Program-made: the position numbers and the translations under genes
Assembly: GCA_038145175.1 (NCBI GenBank)
Contig: JAYQPE010000002.1
Location: 21,048-85,047 of the forward strand
Direction: 5' to 3'
Length of the DNA: 64,000 bases
DNA from: Actinomycetes bacterium
GTDB lineage: Bacteria > Actinomycetota > Actinomycetes > S36-B12 > UBA5976
In this document: one piece after another, positions 19,969 to 28,965 of the stretch
How positions within the stretch are numbered: position 1 is the stretch's first letter
How the letters are laid out: each line of letters begins with the position of its first letter
The notes under the pieces: generated by a model
Database searches by the model: none
Seen by the model: only the letters and a program-made list of their open reading frames with translations
Told to the model about the DNA's origin: nothing

Positions 19969-20433
19969 ATGCAAAGAATTGGTGTAGGAGTAGATGTTCA
20001 TCCATTTGAAAATGGGAGAGAACTTTTTGTGGCAGGACTTTTTTGGCCAAATGAAACAGGATTAGCAGGTCACTCAGATGGAGATGTTGTGGCACATGCT
20101 TGCGCAGATGCATTGTTATCGGCTGCAAACTTAGGAGATTTAGGAACAAATTTTGGTACAGATAAACCAGAATATAAAAATGCAAGTGGAGTAAAAATAA
20201 TTTCAAGTGCTGCAAAAATTGTAAAAGATGCTGGTTGGAAAATTGAAAATGTTGCTGTGCAATTAATTGGCAATAAACCAAAAATTGGCTCAAAAAGAGT
20301 AGAGGCAGAAAAAATATTGTCTGAAGCAATAGGCGCACCAGTTTCACTTGGTGCAACTACTACAGATGGTTTAGGTTTAACAGGACGCGGCGAAGGTTTA
20401 GCTGCGATTGCTCAGGCATTAATCAGTAAATAA
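19969..20433 (+). CDS. ispF: 2-C-methyl-D-erythritol 2,4-cyclodiphosphate synthase
   Basis: [22 protein letters not shown] and [18 protein letters not shown] are present. Confidence 0.95.
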   Translation: MQRIGVGVDVHPFENGRELFVAGLFWPNETGLAGHSDGDVVAHACADALLSAANLGDLGTNFGTDKPEYKNASGVKIISSAAKIVKDAGWKIENVAVQLIGNKPKIGSKRVEAEKILSEAIGAPVSLGATTTDGLGLTGRGEGLAAIAQALISK

Positions 20434-20479
20434 ATATAAAAATTTGTCAAAAAAGTAATCCATTAGAATAAAACAACTC

Positions 20480-21865
20480 ATGAAACTATATGACTCATAT
20501 TCCCGTTCTTTAAGAGATTTCATTCCATTAAAAAATGGTGAAGTGTCAATGTATTTATGTGGGGCAACTGTTCAAGGTTCACCACATATTGGTCATATGC
20601 GCTCAACCATTGTTTTTGATATCTTAAGACGTTATTTCGAATTTAAGAATTTAAAAGTTTTATTTGTTCGTAATGTTACAGATATCGATGACAAAATTTT
20701 ACATAACGCAGGACATGAAGATAGTTCTTGGTGGGAACTTGCCTCAAAGTATGAATTAGAATTTAGCAAAGCTTATGAAAATCTTGGAAATATTGTTCCA
20801 AGTATTGAACCAAGAGCAACAGGTCATATTCCGCAGATGATTGAAATGATTGAAAAACTTATTGAAAAAAATCATGCGTATGTGGCAGAAGGCTCTGTGT
20901 GGTTTGCAGTTAATTCATTTAAAGAATATGGAAAATTATCTGGTCAAAAAGTTGAAGAAATGCTAGCTGCTCAAGATTTAGATAAAGGAAAAAAAGATCC
21001 ACATGATTTTGCACTTTGGAAAAAAAGTAAAGACGGGGAACCTTTCTGGAATTCACCTTGGGGTAAAGGTCGACCTGGTTGGCATATCGAATGTTCTGCA
21101 ATGGCAAAAACTTATTTAGGTGAAAAATTTGATATTCACGGTGGTGGATTAGATCTACAATTTCCACATCATGAAAACGAAATAGCGCAATCAAAAGCAA
21201 GTGGAAATGATTTTGCTAATTTTTGGGTTCATAATTACTGGGTAACCCAAAGTGGTGAAAAAATGAGTAAAAGCTTGGGTAACTCATTAAAAGTCAAAGA
21301 AGTATTAACAAGATTTAGACCAATTGAAGTTCGATTCTATTTATTATCTGCTCATTATCGAAGTAACCTTGAATTCTCAGATCAAGCTCTATCAGAGGCA
21401 GCTACTGCTTTTTCTAGAATTGAACAATTTGTTTTAAGAGCAAGTGAAAAAGTAAAAAATTACAAATTGGACTTGCAATTTCCTCAAGAATTTATTAACG
21501 CAATAGAAGATGATCTAGCTACACCTCTAACAATTTCCATAATTCATGAATACGTCACAAGAGGAAATACCGCATTGACCAGTAATACTTCTAATTTGGC
21601 AGATACTTTAAAAGAAGTAAGAAGTATGCTTCATTTGTTGGGGCTAGATCCAATGTCTTCTAATTGGATAAGCAAAAGCAGTAATGAAGAAAAAGAAGCA
21701 CTTGATAAATTGATTTCTGAACTACTTCGTAAGCGAAATGAAGCAAGAGCAAATAAGGATTTTGCCCTAGCTGATTCAATGAGAGATGCCCTTAAAAATG
21801 CAGGAATATTGATTGAAGATGGAGCAGATGGCTCCAGATGGACTATAGAAAAAGAAGTTAAATAA
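20480..21865 (+). CDS. cysS: cysteine--tRNA ligase
   Basis: The HIGH motif (SPHIGHMRS), the Zn-site WHIECSAM and KMSKSLGN are present. Confidence 0.97.
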   Translation: MKLYDSYSRSLRDFIPLKNGEVSMYLCGATVQGSPHIGHMRSTIVFDILRRYFEFKNLKVLFVRNVTDIDDKILHNAGHEDSSWWELASKYELEFSKAYENLGNIVPSIEPRATGHIPQMIEMIEKLIEKNHAYVAEGSVWFAVNSFKEYGKLSGQKVEEMLAAQDLDKGKKDPHDFALWKKSKDGEPFWNSPWGKGRPGWHIECSAMAKTYLGEKFDIHGGGLDLQFPHHENEIAQSKASGNDFANFWVHNYWVTQSGEKMSKSLGNSLKVKEVLTRFRPIEVRFYLLSAHYRSNLEFSDQALSEAATAFSRIEQFVLRASEKVKNYKLDLQFPQEFINAIEDDLATPLTISIIHEYVTRGNTALTSNTSNLADTLKEVRSMLHLLGLDPMSSNWISKSSNEEKEALDKLISELLRKRNEARANKDFALADSMRDALKNAGILIEDGADGSRWTIEKEVK

Positions 21866-21868
21866 CTT

Positions 21869-22798
21869 ATGGCTTTTAAGAATTCTAAGGCAAGAAAACA
21901 AGTTGGCTCAGGTGGGAAAAGAAGAAAAAGACTAAAGGGCAAAGGTCCTACACCAAAAGCAAAAGATAGAGTTGCTCACGTTAATTTTCAAGCTAATAAA
22001 GGTTTTAAAAAGTCAAAACCAAAACCTAAATCTAATTTTAATCAAGAAAGAAGACCAGCTTCTGACTTTATTTTAGGAAGAAATCCTGTATTAGAAGCCT
22101 TAAAAGAAAACGTGGAAGCAGTGGTTTTAAGAATTGCAAGTGGCATAGATATAGATGAAAAAGTAAGACAAATATTGACACTTGCCTCAAGTAAAAATAT
22201 TTCAGTTCTAGAAGTTGATAGAAAAGAACTTGATCGGCTAACCAACAACATAAATCATCAAGGGGTAGCACTAGCTGTTGCAAGTTATAAATATAAAGAT
22301 TTAAAGGAAGTATTAGCTAAAAATAAAGAAAATCCTCTGCTCATTTTTCTTGATGGGGTAACAGATCCAAGAAATCTTGGAGCAGTAATACGTTCTGCGG
22401 CAGGTTTTAGCGCAACTGCAGTAGTTATTGCAGAAAGAAGAAGTGCAGGAATCACAGGAGCTGTTTGGAAGACAGCAGCAGGAGCTCTTTTGCATGTGCC
22501 AGTTTGCCAAGTTGTAAACATTACAAGAACGATTACAGATTTAAAAGAAAAAGGATTTTTTGCAATAGCTTTAGATGGAGATGGTGAAACAACTTTAGAA
22601 AAAGTTGATCCAGATTTTGCAAAGAAACCCCTAATAGTTGTAATTGGCGCAGAAGGTAAAGGGGTTTCTCGACTAGTTGCTCAAACTTGTGATTTAAGAG
22701 TCAAAATAAAAATGAGCAAAAAAATAGAATCTCTCAACGCTGCGGTAGCAACAGGTGTGGCACTTTATTCATTAACGCTATCGCGTAAACTCGATTAG
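21869..22798 (+). CDS. rlmB: 23S rRNA 2'-O-ribose G2251 methyltransferase (SpoU/TrmH family) with Lys-rich N-terminal extension
   Basis: SpoU motifs LDGVTDPRNLGAVIRSA, VVIGAEGKGVS and IESLNAAVATGVALY are present. Confidence 0.85.
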   Translation: MAFKNSKARKQVGSGGKRRKRLKGKGPTPKAKDRVAHVNFQANKGFKKSKPKPKSNFNQERRPASDFILGRNPVLEALKENVEAVVLRIASGIDIDEKVRQILTLASSKNISVLEVDRKELDRLTNNINHQGVALAVASYKYKDLKEVLAKNKENPLLIFLDGVTDPRNLGAVIRSAAGFSATAVVIAERRSAGITGAVWKTAAGALLHVPVCQVVNITRTITDLKEKGFFAIALDGDGETTLEKVDPDFAKKPLIVVIGAEGKGVSRLVAQTCDLRVKIKMSKKIESLNAAVATGVALYSLTLSRKLD

Positions 22799-22818
22799 TC
22801 TAAAGATTTTAAAATCTT

Positions 22819-22894
22819 GCCGATGTGGCGCAACTGGTAGCGCACCCGACTTGTAATCGGGCGGTTAGGGGTTCAAGTCCCCTCATCGGCTCCA
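22819..22894 (+). tRNA. tRNA-Thr (anticodon UGU), CCA encoded
   Basis: I folded the cloverleaf by hand: 7-bp acceptor GCCGATG/CATCGGC, D-stem GCGC/GCGC, anticodon stem CCCGA/TCGGG with loop CTTGTAA, T-stem AGGGG/CCCCT with loop TTCAAGT, and a 5-nt variable loop. Confidence 0.95.
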
Positions 22895-23791
22895 TAAATT
22901 AGTTATTTTAATTCCTTGCACTTTTGCAACTCCAAATAAGATTAATAATGCACCAATTGGTTGATACCAATGAAGTGACTCTTTTAAAATAAAAAATCCT
23001 GCAATAGTTGAAACAATTGGCGTGGCATATGTAATTGTTGCTGCAGCTAAACTTCCAACATCTCTTAAAATTTTATAAACCAATGGAAAAGCAAAACCCG
23101 TTGAAAAAATTCCCAGAAAAAGAATAGACAAAAGATTTAAATTATTTATTTCTTCCACTCTAGGACTAAAAATTAAACAAAGAATTAAAAGTTGAATTGC
23201 TGAAGAGGTAAGTTGAGCACCTATAAAAGAAGAAGGAGATAAATTCAAAATAGTTACTTTAGCCCTGGTATAAATTACTGCAGCACCATAACAAGCAGTA
23301 GCTACTAGAACTGCAAGTAGACCAATCAAATCACTTTCAGCACTAGAACCTTCCCAAATACCAAGAAGAATTAACACACCAGCAAATCCAATTAAAATTC
23401 CAATGTATTCATTTCGAGTAATTTTTTCAGTAGGGATAAACATAATTGCAAAAAGTGCAGTCCAAAGTGGAGTAGCAGCATTTCCAATTCCAGCTAATAC
23501 CGAACTTACGTGAGTCTCACCAAAAGCGATCAGTGCAAATGGTGCGGTGTGCTGAAAAAAACCAGCAATATTTGCTCTGACCCAGGCTATTTTTGTTTTA
23601 GGTAATTTTTGTTTCAAAAAAAGTAAAATGATTAAAACAGTAATTGCTCCAAGTCCTACTCGACCGAAAGCAACTTGTAATGCCGAAAGCCCATTTAAAG
23701 CAAATTTGATAAATAAGAAAGATAATCCCCACACAAAACTTAAAAAAATCCAGGAAGGCAACCAAGTTTTTAATGGTGGTTGTTGTGACAT
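22883..23791 (-). CDS. EamA/DMT-family transporter
   Basis: The 302-aa product has 10 TM helices. Its stop and last codons overlap the 3' 12 nt of the convergent tRNA-Thr. Confidence 0.8.
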   Translation of the reverse strand: MSQQPPLKTWLPSWIFLSFVWGLSFLFIKFALNGLSALQVAFGRVGLGAITVLIILLFLKQKLPKTKIAWVRANIAGFFQHTAPFALIAFGETHVSSVLAGIGNAATPLWTALFAIMFIPTEKITRNEYIGILIGFAGVLILLGIWEGSSAESDLIGLLAVLVATACYGAAVIYTRAKVTILNLSPSSFIGAQLTSSAIQLLILCLIFSPRVEEINNLNLLSILFLGIFSTGFAFPLVYKILRDVGSLAAATITYATPIVSTIAGFFILKESLHWYQPIGALLILFGVAKVQGIKITNLWSR

Positions 23792-23805
23792 GAGTTTTCT
23801 ATTCT

Positions 23806-23839
23806 GTCACATTAATAACACCCAAGTCACATAAATAAC
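23806..23839. repeat. two phased 14-nt direct repeats GTCACAT(T/A)AATAAC, 20-nt period
   Basis: Read directly: 23806-23819 and 23826-23839 match at 13 of 14 positions. They lie in the divergent intergenic region just upstream of the EamA start. A third partial copy, TCACATA, lies near 23893. Confidence 0.6.
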
Positions 23840-23981
23840 GCCTATCACTAGAAAATGTTAAACAAGTGATTAATCCGACACGACCAAACGCGTAATCACA
23901 TACTTTTACCTGATTTATTAAATACGATAGGGAAGGCTTAAAAATTAAATAGAAAAAGACTTTTAGGAGATTATTTAAATA

Positions 23982-24269
23982 ATGGATGCCGTCTCACTTT
24001 CCCCCGGCAATAATGATTTTGAACTAACCGCAAGAGATAAAGAAATTTTAGAATTCGAACGCCAATGGTGGAAATATTCAGGTGCTAAAGAACAAGCAAT
24101 TAGAGAATTATTTGGTATGAGTGCAACTCGTTATTACCAAGTTCTCAATGCTTTAGTGGATCATCCAGGGGCGATGAGTTTTGATCCAATGCTGATAAAG
24201 AGATTGCAAAGAATGCGAAATGCAAGAGCAAGAAATAGATCTGCTCGAAAACTTGGTATCCAACTTTAA
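23982..24269 (+). CDS. DUF3263-like small protein
   Basis: The 95-aa product contains ILEFERQWWKYSGAKEQAIRELFGMSATRYYQVLNALVD and a basic C-terminus. Confidence 0.6.
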   Translation: MDAVSLSPGNNDFELTARDKEILEFERQWWKYSGAKEQAIRELFGMSATRYYQVLNALVDHPGAMSFDPMLIKRLQRMRNARARNRSARKLGIQL

Positions 24270-24295
24270 TTTTTAAGAATCGAGTTAAGCATTAA

Positions 24296-24505
24296 ATGCC
24301 TAAAGGCACAGTTTTGTGGTTCAACTCTGAAAAAGGTTACGGATATATAAAAGCCGTTGATGGCTCTGAAATTTTTGTTAGAGAAAATGCTATCCAAACT
24401 GAAGGTTTAAGAATTCTAGATACTAATCAAAAAGTTTCTTTCGAAATCGACACCGAATCAGACCTACGCGGTCCGCAAGCGACTAAAGTTTGCATCATCA
24501 GTTAA
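24296..24505 (+). CDS. cold-shock domain protein (divergent RNP motifs)
   Basis: It has a CSD fold signature, GTVLWFNSEKGYGYI. The RNP2 position reads IFVRENAI instead of VFVHFSAI. Confidence 0.75.
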   Translation: MPKGTVLWFNSEKGYGYIKAVDGSEIFVRENAIQTEGLRILDTNQKVSFEIDTESDLRGPQATKVCIIS

Positions 24506-24514
24506 AGGAGACAC

Positions 24515-25129
24515 ATGGCATTTACACCTAAAGATCCAGTTCTATTTGAAATGTATGTTTCACTTGCTGAACGTCTTGCATCGGGTGCTCGCGGCGCAGT
24601 TGATTTAGTTGTTTCTCCAATTGAAAAAAGATCAGAAATTGCTAAACGAATTGGTCAAACTGAAAATGAAGCAGATGAAATTTTAGGTAACTTAATTAGA
24701 AAAATTGACGATATGTTTGTTACTCCATATGATCGTGGAGATTTACAAGATTTAGCCAATGCATTAGATGATGCTATGGATGCTCTAGAAGAAGCAACAG
24801 ATTTAGCAGTTCTTCATAATGTGGGCGAATTTCCTCAAGGCACTGTTGATTTAGTTGAAGCTGTTAGAAAACTTGCTGAGTTAACTTCCAGAAATATTTC
24901 CAGCCTAAAAAATCTAAAAGATATAGATCATTACGTAACAGAAGCAAATAAAATAGAAGATGAAGGTGATCGTATTCATAGAAGAATTACAGCGATGCTT
25001 TTCAGTGGTTCATATGACGCGATGACAATTTTAAGAATTGTTGGTGTTATTGATCTATTCGAAGATTCTTTAGATGAAATGGCAAGAGTTGCAAGAGTAA
25101 TGAGGACTATCTCTCTTAAGGAATCATAA
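24515..25129 (+). CDS. DUF47 / PhoU-like Pit accessory protein
   Basis: The 204-aa helical protein contains E-x-EAD, TPYDRGDLQ and EDEGDRIHR. It sits directly upstream of a PiT transporter, which is the usual pairing. Confidence 0.8.
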   Translation: MAFTPKDPVLFEMYVSLAERLASGARGAVDLVVSPIEKRSEIAKRIGQTENEADEILGNLIRKIDDMFVTPYDRGDLQDLANALDDAMDALEEATDLAVLHNVGEFPQGTVDLVEAVRKLAELTSRNISSLKNLKDIDHYVTEANKIEDEGDRIHRRITAMLFSGSYDAMTILRIVGVIDLFEDSLDEMARVARVMRTISLKES

Positions 25130-25134
25130 AAAAA

Positions 25135-26136
25135 GTGGAATCAACACTTTTTCTAGTTGCACTTATTGTTTTAGTTGCTTTAGTTTTTGATTACACAAAT
25201 GGATTTCATGATGCTGCAAATGCAATAGCTACCTCTGTGGCAACTAAAGCTATGAGGGTTCAAACAGCATTACTTGTGGCTGCATTTGGAAATTTAATTG
25301 GAGCATTTTTAAGTGAGGGTGTTGCAAAAACTGTTGGCAAAGGAATCATCGAAGTAGAACCGAATAATCATGGCTTAACTGTTGTGATTGCTGCATTAGT
25401 TGGTGCAATTACTTGGAACTTAATTACTTGGTGGTTTGGACTTCCCTCATCCTCATCACATGCACTAATTGGTGGATTAGTTGGTGGGGCAATAGCTGGT
25501 TCAGAAATCATTTATTGGCAAGGAATTATTGACAAAGTATTGATTCCGATGGTTATTTCTCCAACTATCGGTTTTGGGTGTGCATTCTTATTAACGCTTT
25601 TATTGCAATGGACTTTTAGAAATGCCAGTAAAAAGAAAGTTGGAAATGGATTTAGAACAGTTCAAGTATTTTCTGCTGGGGCAATGGCTGTAGGACATGG
25701 TTTACAAGATGCCCAAAAAACTATGGGTGTAATGACTTTGGCTTTAGTGGTAGGAGGAATGCATTCAGGAGACAGTATTCCCTTTTGGGTAAAAGTAAGT
25801 GCAGCCTTAGCAATTAGTTTAGGAACTTATGCCGGAGGTTGGAGAATTATGAAAACTTTAGGCAAGAAAGTAATTGAAGTAGATCCCATAAAAAGTGTTG
25901 CATCACAAAGTGTTGCCTCGACAGTTTTATATGTAATGGCCATTTACTTAAAAGCTCCGATAAGTACCACTCACACAATCACTTCTTCAATTATTGGAGC
26001 AGGTGCAACTAGGGGCAGAAAAAGAGTTTCTTGGGGAGTAGTGGGAAATATTGTTTCAGCTTGGATTTTAACTTTGCCTGCCGCAGCACTTTGTGCTGGC
26101 TTAACTTATGCTTTAATTCACTTATTTTTGTTTTAA
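25135..26136 (+). CDS. pit: inorganic phosphate transporter, PiT family
   Basis: YTNGFHDAANAIATSV and the repeated PHO4 signature PISTTHTITSSIIGAG are present. It has a GTG start. Confidence 0.9.
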   Translation: MESTLFLVALIVLVALVFDYTNGFHDAANAIATSVATKAMRVQTALLVAAFGNLIGAFLSEGVAKTVGKGIIEVEPNNHGLTVVIAALVGAITWNLITWWFGLPSSSSHALIGGLVGGAIAGSEIIYWQGIIDKVLIPMVISPTIGFGCAFLLTLLLQWTFRNASKKKVGNGFRTVQVFSAGAMAVGHGLQDAQKTMGVMTLALVVGGMHSGDSIPFWVKVSAALAISLGTYAGGWRIMKTLGKKVIEVDPIKSVASQSVASTVLYVMAIYLKAPISTTHTITSSIIGAGATRGRKRVSWGVVGNIVSAWILTLPAAALCAGLTYALIHLFLF

Positions 26137-26137
26137 C

Positions 26138-28894
26138 TCAACCAGTATTTCTTAAGCCCGTAGCAATTCCATTAATCGTTAGTAACAAAGTTCTTCTTAA
26201 CAAAGGATCTATTTCATCATTTACTTGATTTAACTCTCTTACTTTTTTAAGCAATGACACTTGTAAATATTGCAACGGTAAAAGATAGGTATCTCTAATT
26301 TGTAATGTTTTCTTTAGGGATTGTTGGTTATCTAAAATTTCATTTTCTCCAGTGATCCAAAGTATTTGTTTTTTAGTTTCTTCATATTCTTCTTTAACTT
26401 TGTCAAACATATGGTGTAATTCTTTAGGTACTAACTCGTTGACATAGTGTTGTGCAATTTTCATATCTGCTTTAGCAACTGTCATTTCCACATTGCTGAT
26501 AAAGTTTTTGAAGAATGCCCAATTCTTAGACATGTGACGTAAAGTTTCCTCAAATCCTTCATTTCTTGCAGTTTTTATTCCTGTACCAACGCCAAACCAA
26601 CCTGGAATAATTTGTCTTGATTGCGTCCAGCCAAAAACCCAAGGAATAGCTCTTAAAGATTCAATGCCTGCATTTGCTTGTCTTTTAGCAGGCCTTGAAC
26701 CTAAATGTAGATCTGCTAATTGTTCAACTGGAGTTGAAAGCGCAAAATAATTTGCTAGATCTGGATCTTTTGTCAGAGAATTATATTTAACTTGAGCTGA
26801 AAGACTTATTTTATTCATAACTTGATCCCATTGATCTAAATCCGATTGATTAACTCTTGAAGCAGCATGTAACAAAGTTGCCTCTAGTGTGGCTGCTACC
26901 AATAGTTCTAAATTTTCTTTGGCTAATTGAGGAAGTAAATATTTATCACTGATAACTTCACCTTGTTCAGTTAATTTCATTTCACCATCAACTACACCCC
27001 AAGGCATAGCTAAAATTGCATCGTGAGTTGGTCCGCCGCCTCTTCCGACAGTTCCACCACGACCATGAAAAATTCTTAATCTAACACCATGTTTTTGTGC
27101 AACATCTCTTAATTTTCTTTGAGCAAGTTGTATTTCCCATTGGCTAGTAGTAATACCCGCATCTTTATTTGAATCCGAATACCCGAGCATGACTTCTTGT
27201 AAATTATTTCGTAAAGAAACTAAAACTCTGTAAGAAGGAGTAGATAAGAGAGTTTCTAAAATTTCTCCTGCATTTCTTAATTCATCAACGGTTTCTAAAA
27301 GTGGCACAAAATTAATTTTTGCAACTCTTGCACCTAAATCAACTAAACCATTTTCTTTTGCAAGTAATACTGCTGCCATTAAGTCATCTGGACCTTTTGT
27401 CATTGAAACGATGTAAGTATCAATAACTTCATCACCATATTGCAAAAGTGCTTGATTTATAGCTCCAAAAGTTGAATAGGTTCTGATGTGTTCTAGATCC
27501 GTTAGTGCAGTTGGTGTTGTACCAAGAGGAGTTGCAGCTAAAGGTCTTGGAGAATCTAATTCGTGCGCAAGTAAATCAAATCTATCTTTTTTACTTAAAG
27601 ATAGATAAGGTTTATCAATTAGTTTTGCACGATCAATTAGAGGCGCAAGAGCTTCATGATGTTTCTCAGAATGTTCTCTAACATCTAATTTGGCTAGTTG
27701 TAAACCAATTGCAGAAGCAGTTCTTATTGCTTTTCCTAAAATTCCATTTGCAATAAGTTCACTTTTTTCATTATTTAAAGCATTATAAAGTTGGGTTAAA
27801 TCTTCAATAAATTCTTTTTGGCTTGCATAATCGACACCATCAATATGATTTGACTTATTTGCAAATCTTTGCCTGGTTTTTTCTAATCGATGACTTATTG
27901 CAGAAAGCTTTAAGCGATAGGGTTCTTCAGCATTAATACGTTTCATTCTTGAATCAAGATCAGTTAGCGTGGTGAGATCCTTCTCCACAAAATTCCATAA
28001 ATCATCATCTGCAGGTGAAATTCGATCAGAGATTGATAAATCTTCAGCTAATCGTTTAATAATTTCTTGTAAATCTCTAATCGCATGTCCACGTTGAAGA
28101 GTTAAAACGTTAGTAGTTACTTCAGGGGTGACGAAAGGATTTCCGTCTCTATCTCCGCCAATCCAAGAACCAAATTCAAGGGGTGTATCTGTGGGATTCA
28201 AAACTTCATCAACTTTTAATTCTTTTGCAACACGATTTAATTCTTGTAAAACTTCAGGTAAAGCACCAAGGGCAGCATCGTCTAAGTAGTTCATCGCATT
28301 TCTTGCTTCATCTAAAACTTCAGGTCGTTCAAGTCTTAATTCATCGGTTTGCCAAAGTAGATCAATAATTTCTGAAAATTGGTCATCAGTAATAGTTGTA
28401 AGTGAACCACGGGAATATTTTTCATTTAATAAATCCGCAATTCTTTTTAGTTTTAAAAGCACACTTCGTCTGGATGCTTCAGTTGGATGTGCAGTAAAAA
28501 CAGGTCTTACATGAAGATTTTTAAAAGCAGCAGCAACTGTGTTTGAATCAATATCTGATTTCTTTATTTTTTCTGCCATCTGAGAAAGCCAACTTCCGTT
28601 CAATTGTCTTTCGCTTGCACGATCTTTTGATCTAAAAAATTGTTCTGTGATATTTGCTAAATGGAAATAAACACTAAAAGCTCTGGCTAGTTTAATTGCT
28701 GAATCTAGATCGATTCTGCCAAGAATTTGAGCCACTTCTGAAGGGTTATCTTTTGATAAACCTCTAATTTTTTCAACTAATTCAAATAATTGGTTGCCTT
28801 CTTGTCTGGTTAAAGATTGACCTAGCAATATTCCCAAATGATGTATTTCAGAGCGCATAAGTGCATAAGAATCTTGGGAAGAGTTTTCAGGCAT
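26138..28894 (-). CDS. ppc: phosphoenolpyruvate carboxylase
   Basis: The 918-aa product contains VFTAHPTE, GYSDSNKDAG, FHGRGGTVGRGGGP and the C-terminal RNTG. Confidence 0.97.
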   Translation of the reverse strand: MPENSSQDSYALMRSEIHHLGILLGQSLTRQEGNQLFELVEKIRGLSKDNPSEVAQILGRIDLDSAIKLARAFSVYFHLANITEQFFRSKDRASERQLNGSWLSQMAEKIKKSDIDSNTVAAAFKNLHVRPVFTAHPTEASRRSVLLKLKRIADLLNEKYSRGSLTTITDDQFSEIIDLLWQTDELRLERPEVLDEARNAMNYLDDAALGALPEVLQELNRVAKELKVDEVLNPTDTPLEFGSWIGGDRDGNPFVTPEVTTNVLTLQRGHAIRDLQEIIKRLAEDLSISDRISPADDDLWNFVEKDLTTLTDLDSRMKRINAEEPYRLKLSAISHRLEKTRQRFANKSNHIDGVDYASQKEFIEDLTQLYNALNNEKSELIANGILGKAIRTASAIGLQLAKLDVREHSEKHHEALAPLIDRAKLIDKPYLSLSKKDRFDLLAHELDSPRPLAATPLGTTPTALTDLEHIRTYSTFGAINQALLQYGDEVIDTYIVSMTKGPDDLMAAVLLAKENGLVDLGARVAKINFVPLLETVDELRNAGEILETLLSTPSYRVLVSLRNNLQEVMLGYSDSNKDAGITTSQWEIQLAQRKLRDVAQKHGVRLRIFHGRGGTVGRGGGPTHDAILAMPWGVVDGEMKLTEQGEVISDKYLLPQLAKENLELLVAATLEATLLHAASRVNQSDLDQWDQVMNKISLSAQVKYNSLTKDPDLANYFALSTPVEQLADLHLGSRPAKRQANAGIESLRAIPWVFGWTQSRQIIPGWFGVGTGIKTARNEGFEETLRHMSKNWAFFKNFISNVEMTVAKADMKIAQHYVNELVPKELHHMFDKVKEEYEETKKQILWITGENEILDNQQSLKKTLQIRDTYLLPLQYLQVSLLKKVRELNQVNDEIDPLLRRTLLLTINGIATGLRNTG

Positions 28895-28965
28895 ATGTTA
28901 ATTCTAATCAGTTATGAATAATTGAAATGATTTAACAATCAAATTAACGATTAATTACTTTAAAT

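Noticed and set aside
22819-22894. I considered tRNA-Thr as a possible integration hotspot or genomic island boundary.
   Set aside because: There is no integrase, no duplicated tRNA 3' fragment (att-like repeat) and no compositional shift nearby. Both flanks are ordinary core or transporter genes.
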